Assembly: GCA_047495785.1 (NCBI GenBank)
Contig: JBLDXI010000015.1
Span: forward strand, 1,364,001-1,428,000
DNA from: Lepidodermella squamata
Lineage: Eukaryota; Animalia; Gastrotricha
Length of the DNA stretch: 64,000 bases
Direction of reading: 5' to 3'
The notes below the pieces were generated by a model. That model searched no databases. It was not told the DNA's origin and saw nothing but the letters and a program-made list of their open reading frames with translations. Position 1 is the stretch's first letter. Each line of letters opens with the position of its first letter. Both the position numbers and the translations under genes were made by a program. Positions 11,100-22,300 of the stretch are shown here, piece after piece.

Positions 11100-12942
11100 C
11101 TATTCATGCGGCGAGTCAAGTAGGGCCGCCATCACTTCATCTTTACTTTCCACGTTGTCATACGTTTCGTCTTCGTTCATAGTACTGGTAGTCCCGTTCA
11201 CTTGAGTCGTGGCGGAAAATCTAACTTTTTGCGAGGGGGAATCGGTGTTATGCACCGGGCCACATGGATCGCTTTCAGCGCGACGTGTTCTCTCAGGGGC
11301 ATAACTGAACGAAGGTCTTAGCAAGTTGCTGTTTGGTCGCCGGATACTGACTTGATGATCAAATACGTGAGAGGAAGCCGTACTAGATTCAGGTCGTTGG
11401 TTGTAGACGCTATGGTAGCTACTCCTTCTAGACTGATTTTGATGATTGTCGAAACTTTTTCCAAATAAACGCGGGCAACATATGGCGCCAAGTTTCATGA
11501 TCATGAGAACCAGCTCGCGACGGAATTTTTCCCCAGCGAGGACAAAGACGAAAAAATTATCAGCATAGCTCACATTTGTAAGGAGAGAAGCAGCCTTCAT
11601 GATCTGTATTAAACGATTGCTGAAACCTCAATCCAATATTGATATTAATAACGAAACTTACCGTGCACAAGTCCAGAAATTTGACAACAGCTGTCCGAAA
11701 TCCGTAAACAAGATGAAGCACGCGAATGTAGATCATTAGGAAGAGAAGAGGCGTAATGTAGACGAAGAAGCTGCATGAGACAGCCAGAAGTAGCACTGTG
11801 GTTTTCCTGTTCCGGCCATCGTTGCCCTTAACGCTCATCCTATTCGCGGTTTTCCCATTAGAAACTGAATTCACTGTCGGAGCAGCGCCCAGCGATAATG
11901 ATGTGGTGAGCTTTTTCGACTCGTGAGGCTGATTAGGTGTCCTGAAGGACACACTCGTCTGCCCGCCACGGTGAATGGTACCCTGCCTACTGACTTCGCG
12001 GCCCATTCGGTAGACTTGAACAATGACAGCCGCGTTCATGAAGAAGATGAGAATGGCGGGAAGGAAGCACAGTAGAAGTAATTGATGAATAAATAAGTCG
12101 ATGTTCTGATAGATTTGGAACTTCGTAGCAAAGCAGTTGGCTAAATGCTCTATCACAATCGTCCCATTTGAGTCATTTTTGTATGTCGGTGGCTAGAGAA
12201 AGGGAAAAAATTTCAATTCAAATGGAATTAAAACTCAACTAACCACTTGAGTGTCGAAAAAAGGCCTCCAACTTTGCGAGAAGAGAACAATGCCAAACAG
12301 ACTTCCCAGAGTAATCTTAGACATTTTAGCTGAGAAAATGGTTTGAACAGACATAGGAAAGCAAATTGCGACGAATCTCTCTGTTGTAATGAAGACAACT
12401 ACCCAGTGAGACATAAGCTGAACGACGTGAAGCGCTGATCTGTAAAATTTACATCCAACTATGCCAATATGGGCTTCAAGAGTTATGTTGGCGTATTTTA
12501 GAGCCAACCGATCCGCCGCTTGCACAGCTAGCACGAATAAAGTCAGCGAGTTGAACAAAGCAAGCACGCTGAGGGAGAGTGCGTAAGATCTCGAACGAAG
12601 CCCACGTCTACGCATCATGACCAGGGAAAATACATTTCCAACAGTTCCGATGAAGAACAGAGTTATGTCGAGAATGTCCCACCCGAACCAATCGCAAGGA
12701 AGCCCTGATTCAACGAGAGGCTCGGAATCTTCAGCAAGGGTGTTGTTAACCGTTGTTAGATCAGTTAGGCCGTATTCATTATTGAAACGGATGCTGTCAA
12801 CATCGTACTTCATCTTTGAGAAAGAGCTGGTCAACGATGCAGCTGTAGTTGTGAATTTCATCCGCAAAATCCCGCTTTTTCTCGTAACTGTCTGCCGGTA
12901 AGCCGATGCATTAATCGCCGTGGAGAGCGCCTTTGTCGTCAT
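11100..12942 (-). CDS. Class A GPCR, FMRFamide/myosuppressin-receptor-like, paralog B (3 exons)
   Basis: GTVGNVFSLVMM, GCKFYR, TTERFVAICFP, HQLLLLCFLPA, YADNFFVFVLAGEKFRR. Clearly homologous to 5555-7228 and shares two intron positions with it. The true start may be a downstream Met. Confidence 0.88.
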
Positions 12943-14434
12943 CTTACCGCTGCTCCCTGAGGTGTTGTTTTGATCAATCCAATGTTAAAATAGCCTCATT
13001 AAAATCAGAATTCCTCTGCAAAAATCAGTGTATCATGGATTCCTAGGTTAAAACAGTGCGATATTAATTTCCTATTCTGTAATAAAAATACGAATAAAAA
13101 TATCCAGAATCAGTTACGGAGATGCACTGCGCCGATGATGCTAATTTTAACCGACTTCTGTAAGCCTGCAAGTGGCATTAATCAAATTTGATTAAACTTG
13201 ATTTTCTACACAAAGCCTTGAACCATTTTCTTATGAGGGGCTTTTATAAATGCAAACATTTAAGTAGGGGAGAGAAGGCAGCATTCATAAGATTTTGCCA
13301 AGGGGTGGAAAAAATGAATAAATCAATTACCAAACCGTTAGCAAAAAACATGTCTCTTGAATGCTAAAATATGCAACTTGAATTTAAATCTTCGCCTAGG
13401 CAGAAAGCCGAAACGCTTCATTAACTCTCATCTTGCCGCTTGCAAATATTGTAAATCAGCTATGACATGTATTCCCAACTGAACAGGGGTTATGAAAAGC
13501 ATGGAGAGCTAGAAATCCGAGAACACTGAGGTATACTCAGCGGAAAGGGGAGTAAGCTAGTGTAAATAACAAGAACGAAAAAAACGCTCAATTTTTGCCC
13601 TGGACCCATTGAGAGCCTTCTCGTTATCGGTACTTCTCCTTGTCACGTAGGCCCACGTGTACTAACCAGTCCATGCATGCTCTAAGCAGGTGGGGAAAGA
13701 AATTTATGGGCCCGATAATAAAAAATAATTCGCTCTATTTCAACAACAGCATATGGCAGAGCATGGGTGTATCGCCTCTTACGCTTTGATATACCTTGCA
13801 GTATCAGATTTGGCCGCGATAGAGCCTCGCATTATCTTGATATTCAAAATTAGCTGTGAAAAAAAATAATTGCGCTCTCGTTGGATAATCCTCAGGCCTG
13901 CTCTTGTAGTTAGTAAAAAGAGTTAAATCCTTGAATGAACTCGCTTTTAGTTTCGGCATTTGTCAAATTAATCTCCGGGTATTCTGTTAAGACATTAAGA
14001 TAGTGATATAGGGTGCCACATAATCACAGACCTCAAATACTAGCAAATAAGTGCAAAAATTGCAGAAAAAATACTTGATTTAAAAATTGATTTTTTTTCC
14101 ACCGCCTGTAATACGTGGGACATTGTGGAATATACTGAATACGCTTTTAGAAATAAAATTGCGTCATGCGCGATTGCCACATCACATGAGCAATCCAGAA
14201 ATGAACTCGATCAGGTGATCAATTATGAAGCATGAATGCCGATCGATTTTCGCATATAGATACTCTTTTAATGATAAATCACACTTATTACAAATCGCAA
14301 GCCTTTCAAGTCACCTGCAAAGCTGAAATCATTCGTCATATTTCTAATTAATAACACAGCAATTAGGACACGCACCGAACGGAATAGTTTATATTATCTT
14401 AGCACTCGGATATTCCAGATACTATAGGATCAAC

Positions 14435-15625
14435 TTAATCCAAAATCGGCTGCCGTCCTCGTTGCTTGGGATGCTCGAACCAGCGGAAATCCTGAATAAA
14501 ACAAAGCTAACTATGTGGGTCATGAAAGAGATTGAGACTTACAATCAAGAAGATTGCTCCCAAAATCAAACCCTTCAATTTTGCATCAGCGTTTCCGGTG
14601 ACTGGAGATAAGAAATTACCGGATTAACATTGGGAAAAATTAGGCAAATTAGCTCTTACAGTTTATGGTAAAGGTATCCGCTGTCGTCGCAGCGTGGACC
14701 CAAAATCCCATCCATTCTCGGCTAATCTCCGCGATCTGCTGGCCCGCTGAGTCAACTACCGTGAAATGCACGTCGTTACAGCAGGCGTTGCAGCAGTTTA
14801 GTGGCATGCAAGAGGGCGCCACGATTTTCGCAACTTCCTCTCCGTTCTCGTTCGTAATCTTGAACTCGTTTGCAAACCACGCAGGTCTAAATTAAAACGT
14901 TCAATTTAATAGAACCTTTTGTAGAGGCTGTTAACAGCTTACTTTTCGACTACAGCACCAACTTCAACATTGGAAGGCAGCCTCACGCTAACCGCTTGTG
15001 TTCGGTTCGAACAGCAGTCGCAACAGCAGCAACCCATTAAGCAAGCCCGGAAATCTCTCCGTACGAGAAGAACATCCTGTTGTAAAAGCTAATAAGAGAC
15101 CCATATTAAGTTTGTTGAAAGTTAATACGCTGTTATCTTTGTCCTTGACGCGCATAACAAAGTCGCGCACAGCCGGAAACCAAAGGCGAAAACCCAGGCT
15201 AGATTCTGGATTTTCAAAATAAAAAATAGATTCTAGATAGCCGTCATGAGCTCACCCTCCTCCACCCTGTAGCAAACTTCGTTGTTTTCATTGAGCACTA
15301 GATACGTTTTTGCCTGGGCTTGAATTCCAGTCACGACTAGCAAATACAGTTACTTTAATATAGAAGCAAATAACTTGAGATGGCTACCTTCAGTCATGTT
15401 GACAACTTGGGAAACCTTAAAGTAATTCAAGGAATCCAGCAGCTCGAAGCCACTGGGGCACTCTGCACTCCCTGGCTGTCTTGTAACGATTTGTGCCCAT
15501 GCATAGCCAGGATCTGAATGACCGCTAATAGGTCAATTAACGATAAAAAAAATGAATTTCTTACGATCATCGACGTAAACCGGCTGAACCGTTACTGCCG
15601 GTTGGTCAGCTTGCATAGCAGCCAT
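14435..15625 (-). CDS. Phospholipid scramblase (PLSCR family), paralog A, about 8 short exons; essentially absent from the ORF track
   Basis: Manually spliced: MAAMQADQPAVTVQP...CPSGFELLDSLNYFKVSQ...TGIQAQAKTYLVLNENNEVCYRVEE...RDFVMRV...GCCCCDCC...CMPLNCCNACCNDVHFTV...ISREWMGFW..A.TTADTF...KLKGLILGAIFLIDFRWFE. This follows the PLSCR pattern (CPxGLE, Cys-rich palmitoylation tract, DADNF-like motif, KA..IGA.FLIDF.FFE). Confidence 0.85.
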
Positions 15626-18600
15626 GACTTTGATTCCTGCTTTAATTAAAAAATGATGAAACCCACGCGGATATTAAGATACTGGTAGCAAGCACTCGTA
15701 AAAAAATTGCGTGAGTGTTATCTCCCTACACGAAAAGCCGCTAAGGCGCCGATAAGACAAGATAAGAGATACTTTAGTATAAAACCTCAAATGAGACTTT
15801 TTGAAGGAAATTCCAAAACCATTAGTTGCAAGGATGCTGTTAGGCTGTGTCAAATCGCTTCAATAGGTGGATATGTCATTTTCTTGCAGTGACACCAGGC
15901 CTCCGAGACATTAAAGAACTGCCGCTCATGTTACCAGATCCAACGCAGCTTCCGCGCGGAAACGACGCTAACTTAAGATCGATTAGTCGCTTGGTTTCCC
16001 CAAAATATATTAAGAATTATCAATCCTTCGATCAAGTGCTTTAAGAATCGTCTTGTTACACAGAAATTATGTCCGGTCCACCGTAAATCGAAATGATCAT
16101 CTGAGAAACCTGAGGCAGAATGGGCAGGTCCCCGGAGGGGGACTGCTGTTAGGCGGAAGCCGACCCCCCGTTTTTCTCTGTTTGTGGTGGGCGACTGCGG
16201 CAACAATTCTCTGTTTACTTTAAGTTTCTGCAGATTTATAGATTTCAAATAAGTCTTTTTATTTTCTAATCCAAGAAACACGCCAAGAGTTTTCAAGGTC
16301 CCGGGTATTTTAGTACTGTGCAGTATGGCTGCTGCGCCCCAGCGACAAGCGGACGTGTGAAGCGAATGTTATCCTTTGGCCCAACAAATGTTGCAGCTTG
16401 CTCACCGCTGTATGCAAACCGCTGTAAGGAAGTAAGAATCGTGTGATGTTTTTACCTAACTTGGATAGACAAAGTATTGAAGTATTGAAGTAAGAAGTTT
16501 CTGCTAGTTTCCATTAAAATTATATCTTTTATCATAGTGTCGTATATCATAGTATTGTCTTACGCTATGCATTTTGACTGCATATTTGGACTAACCGTAT
16601 CGTATCGTTTTAGAAAAATTCATATATTTTATTTTGATAAAATTATCAGTTAGATAATTCGTAGGCAGATTTTTTTATTTTTTGGCACGGAAAGTAGAAT
16701 CTTCAAATTTACTGCGTTATTCGACGAAACAACGGTATGTAGTGCTAAAAACATCTTTAAAAGGTGGGGAAGAAGTTAGACTGTTGTTTATTTAGTACCG
16801 TTTTTTATTTATACACTTCTGCAACGTTAGTATTTGACTGAAAAAGATAGGTAAAATGGCAAGAGGTCATGTCATCAGCGTACTATTTGCATTTTATTTT
16901 ATTTTATTAAAATCAATCAGGAAAGGCGTGCTTAGAGCCATGGTTGGAACCTTCATTTTATTATTCATTTTTGTAATACAAGCGCTATCACAAAGCACCG
17001 AATGCTGATGTACCTCGAAGCTGCTAAAGGCTCGGCATTACTTTTTTGAATAATAATTTCTTTTCCGGGGCTAGCTTCTGATAAACATGATTTTACGAAA
17101 TGTCGTTAGAATCTCGCGTCTTTGCTTGAAACCCTGAGCAAATTCTCCTGCCGGTCTGGTCAATGATGTGGCTTGTGGTGAATCAGGAATCTTTCACATA
17201 AAAGCGCTTGGCATAGCAATTTAACTGATATCTAACTTCATTGCCTTTCTTACAGGAAAGGATTTAGGCTTCGCGTCCTCAAGTTTTTGGCGGGAGAAGC
17301 GGTATCTTTCAATGAATTCAGCCACAAATGGGTCCATTCTTCCCTATGAGTAACGTATATTGGGATGGCACCCTTACTATCGCCGACCTAAACGATCCCA
17401 AATTTTAGAGCCTTGAATCTGCCAGCTAATTACTTCCTCCCTTTTGAAATATTGCACTGGCAGCCCGAATACCGTTTTTCGCATAAAGTTTCAACTATGG
17501 CTCGGGTATAGAAGTGGCTCATTCAGCTTGCAATGGGACGAAACGGATTCTTTAATAATTAATCAAGTGTGCTTTAGCGGACATTCAATTCTTCTAGATA
17601 TCAGGGGCGAAATCAATCCGCCACTCTCATTCCGCACCGCGTTCCAACCTAGAACCAACCAAGAGTTGTAGTGACACATAGTTTTAGTAGGAGCAACATT
17701 ATAACTAACGCAAAAATAACTTTTCCTACAACTTCAATCGCACAAAGTGAAGACACCAAAGATAGCACTTTTCAGAATCTTAGAGGGAGCTCGAACGAGT
17801 ATTATTGCAGTGAGGATTTCTTGCTGTACCCAACTAGACGGTTGGCGGCTATAAACTACCCAACCTCGTTCTTTGTCTCAATTGACCCAATCTTTCTAAT
17901 ACGTTAAGTTAATTTTTTCAAAACTTGAGCCAAAAATATACCATCATCAGTTGTATTAGCTGCCAAAATCTTGGATTTTTTGTTTCTCCAAGCAAGGAAT
18001 GTCAAGCTACCCGTGATCCCCTAGGCTATCAGTGCCTCGCCGATCGGAACATGAGCTTCTCGGAGATGCTAGAGTCAATACTATTGGAATTATAGGACCC
18101 ACATCGGAATGACATCGGAGGGGGGTTTCGACCTGGCCAAAACCAAACGGCGGCAAAAGTCGACTCAAATTAATACAAACAAACTTTCAACACGACCCAA
18201 TCTCAATTCTCTCTCCATTTTTTATGATTTGAAGCCGATTTGAACATTCAACAGATTCAACAAAAAGCTTTCCTTTGATTTCCTGAATCATGAAAATCAG
18301 AGCTTGCTTTGATATGGTAAGTCTGCTATCGATGTAGAGCAATACCTACAGTTTTACGATCAAATTTAAGTAAGAAGATGTATAATGACGAGACTTGGGC
18401 AAGGCTCGGAGGAAAAAAAAATTGCTACTGAAACGATAACGGTTAGCGCATCATAAAATGAGAAAAAATGTGCAGCGATTGTGAAACCATTCAAAAAGAT
18501 AGTGATAGATGATAGCATGGGCCAGACAAAAATCATGAGACGTACTTCAGATAGGCGCTGCGGCTTCGAAGCCCGCAATCCCTCAAAGATGATTGTGATG

Positions 18601-18959
18601 AAAGCTCAAGATCGCAAAATTTATAAAAAATCCCTCTTCTTGTGCCGAGCCGCGACGTCTCATTTTACGTCTCATGAAAACACTGCTCAATAATGAATGG
18701 AAAGATAAATTTGTTATACGCTAGGAGTATATGCAGCATCTAGGGACCCGAGATGGTAACGTCAGCGCGGAAAAAATTTATGGACAGGCTTTTGATAAAA
18801 TGAACGATAATCATGAAATTAGGATGGAATGGGTTGAATATCGCACTGTTTCACAGCAGGTAAAAACCGCGTGTATTTCAAAACGGAAGGAATATTGGCA
18901 AAATTCAAATAATGCGCTATACATAACGGCTGTTATTCCCTGCTTTGAGAATAGCGAGT

Positions 18960-19015
18960 TGCCGTAACCTGCTAATTATGCCGTAACTGGCTACCTATGT
19001 CGTAACCGGCGATTA
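18960..19015 (+). repeat. Three imperfect ~19-bp tandem repeats (core CGTAAC) upstream of the Helitron ORF
   Basis: tgccgtaacctgctaatta / tgccgtaactggctaccta / tgtcgtaaccggcgatta. Confidence 0.75.
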
Positions 19016-19215
19016 CTGCGCGCCTTTGTTCGTAACAAAATACGCGTGCTTAGATTGGAAAAAAGCGCTAAACAGCGCAAAAATGTTGCTTGTACTTATA
19101 TATTTGTACATGTATGTAAATGCAAGCGATACGCATTAGATAAGTAATATTCTTGCGTAATAATATGCGCGCACTGCTGTCTTGCCGCGGTGTTTAAGCG
19201 CTAATTAAGGCAGAT

Positions 19216-19295
19216 GGTGCCGAAGGGTGCCGACGGGTGCCGAAGGGTGCCGAAGGGTGCCGAAGGGTGCCGAAGGGTGCCGAATGGTGCCGAAT
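19216..19295 (+). repeat. 10-bp minisatellite (GGTGCCGAAG) x8
   Basis: Eight consecutive units: five exact, one GGTGCCGACG and two GGTGCCGAAT. The array ends 51 bp before the RepHel ATG at 19347. Confidence 0.95.
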
Positions 19296-19346
19296 GAGAA
19301 TCTCATATATTATCATCGTATTCCTCACGACAACTGAAACGAGGGC

Positions 19347-22300
19347 ATGAATGCTGAAACATCAGCCGATGACGATGCAGCGAACGGGCCGCGCCTGGTT
19401 ACCGATGATTCCATTGTTGTGAACCAGACTGTCGACTTTACAAACCGAAGCGCGCGCCTCGAACGAAAAAAGTCGTCCTATGCCAAGAGGAAGGCGACTG
19501 AAGACAACGCTAGTCGAGCCGGTCACTTGTTGAAGAAACGCGAGAGTATGTCGGCTCAGCGTGCTGCTGAAGATGTCGCCCGAAAACGTCAGCGCCTGGA
19601 TAAGGCAAGATTCGACGCAGCAACGCGTCGATCAACCGAAACTGATGTAGAACATCAGCGACGGCTTGAAAGTGATGCTCGCCAGCACAGAGACCGATAT
19701 AACAAGATCAAGAAAACTAAATCAACTAATATCATTGACTCCTTAAATGACTCCTTTGATGCCAAAACAGATTCTTTACTGACTCATGACGAAATAACCA
19801 TTTTGAATGAATCCCATGAAATCTTTGTTGCTAGTGACGACTACCGCGAAAAACTTGTTTCTGATGCACTGGAATTTTCGCAGAAGCGATATGATCATAA
19901 AATATGCCTTGTTACTGATCTCTATACTCCAATGTTTGAATGTACGTCAGTCAGGTGTGATAATCTTCCATTCCAAGCGCTTGCGTATTTTTGTGGAAAT
20001 AAACCGTGGACTACCGAGCCCATGTTTGAGTCATACGACTGTAATAAATTTAATTCCAGATTAAATCGCCTTTTGCTATCACCGAGGTCGTTTTACTTTG
20101 ACGAAGCTGAGAAAGCCTACTTTTGTTGGATTACCACTGATATATTGATTTACCTGAACGAAGTAGAGAAAAAATTGTCAAAGGGTACGAAGCAATCATT
20201 TGAGGTTCCTAAATTTGCGATTGCCGACCATTTTGTGCTGGGAAACAACAGAATGTTTTCAGATGCAGGTTATATAGCAACTCAGTGCATTTCACTGGCT
20301 CGTGTATCCGGCAATATACGTGTAGTTTTCGGCGGAGTTGGTAATACACTCAGCAGCAATTTGATTTGTTGGGATAATTACGAAGCTACTATTGCATCTA
20401 GTCTTCCGCAATCTCTAAAAGATGGCGTCGCTAAAGTTATAATGGCTGGCCCCATAACGAGCGATCAGGAATTACTCATGGCTACGAAACTGCAATTTGA
20501 CCCTAAAATTGTGAGACAATTACACGAAGAATGCATTCGTATTAATCCTTTATTTGAACACTTTCCAAAAAATAATGGTCCCTTGGGAGACATCAATGAT
20601 GTTATTTTTCGGCTTCCTGAGGATGATACAACCCGAGAACTTATAAATAACGCCAGAAAAATACGAAAATCTGTGGCAGACACGACAGAAGATGATAACA
20701 TATCTCAGTCGAATGCATTCTCGGAGACGGAAGTTGTAATTATAGACGCGAAACATAAGAATGATAAATTGACGCAGAAAGCCGTTAATTTACTTCTCAA
20801 CGGAACACCTGAGGGAAATACGTTTGTTGCACACAGATCAACAACAATATTAAAAGCTACTGACGATTTGTTTTTCGAGAAAGTGTTTCCATGTTTATTT
20901 CAATACGGGTGCGGAGGTTTGAAAGAAGGGCGTGCTCATCATTACACTCTCTTTGAATTAGCTAAACATTACCTCATGTTATCTACCGAAACTTTTGCTA
21001 CGCATCCCACTTTCAAGTTAGTACTGTACGACTACATAAGCAAAGAGAGCATTATAAGGCAGCTCAAAGTTAAAACTAAAATAAAGCCGCATGTTATACC
21101 AAATGTAGCGAAGCTAACAGGCGCTGAGCGCTGATATATATACCGCAGTTCAAACTGATTCTCTTAATAAAAAGCGAAGATATTTCAATGAACAAATTCT
21201 CACAGACAACGAAGAAAGAGACATATTAAATACCATATCAGCCAGTGTTTCTGCGCGACTCGGCAGCAACGAAGAGCGTACTGATTTTCAGCGAAACCTT
21301 GACTCGATAATCATTTACCGCGGCATACCGTCCCTTTTCTTTACGTTCACGCCGAAACCAGATTCTTCGTTGTTAGTTGCATTTTGGAACGGAGCAAACT
21401 GCCAGAGAGAAATATTGCCCGACGAAAGCAGTGCTTTAGCTAGCTGGATGACTTCAAGCTCGATATTATTGGCTTTGTATAACCTGTATAATGGAAATAT
21501 TATTTGCATTTGATCTAAAAAAGAAACAACCAAAGAAAAAACCTGGGTTATTGGGCCACGTGGAAAGTTTGTATTTTGCGCCCGAATCGCAGGCTAGACT
21601 GAGAATCCATTGCCATGGCGTAGCTTGGATTGTAGGATTTCCTCGCGACCGCGATGAATTCATCAAACTAATGAATGACGTCGATTTCAGCAACACGTAT
21701 CTGAAATTTCTTAACGAATTAATCAAAACTGAATTACCAGTATTTTGGGACTTACCAGCAGAAAACGCAATTTTGTGTAATGCTAACAACTGCGGTGGTT
21801 ATTTGGAGCCGGTAAAAGTCGACCGAATGTACTCACATATTCTACAGAAAACAACACCGCCGCCGATAGTAGCACAGTGTAAAAACTGCAAAAAATCCCA
21901 TACCAATGATGAAGTTATTGATACCGCAATAGAAATGAAAACTCAGGATTTCACGCCTGAGGAAATAATGGAAATCAGCGATGAAAATATAAATAAAATT
22001 CGACTATTACCTGGAGGTTTCTCAATAAACAAGCGTGTTCGGCATGTTCAATTGACCAAGAGTTTGCGAAAAGACCAGATCCACGGCTATACACATACTT
22101 TCACGTGCGGTAAAATTACTAGAAAAGCAAGTAAAAAGAGATCGCTTTGTAGATTCAAATTCCCTCAAAAATTAGTAACAGAAACTGGAGTTGACAAGAA
22201 CACCTTGCACCTATATACCAGGCGAACCTTAGGAAATGCATGGGTAAATAACTATTGCCCAGAGATACGTTTGATCTATGACTTTAACATCGATATTTGC

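Noticed and set aside
16900-18960. Short ORFs upstream of the Helitron
   Set aside because: All are under 80 aa with no recognisable motifs, and the frames I read contain frequent stops.
19216-19295. CRISPR-like array
   Set aside because: Units are contiguous 10-mers with no spacers, the context is eukaryotic and there are no cas genes; it is a minisatellite.
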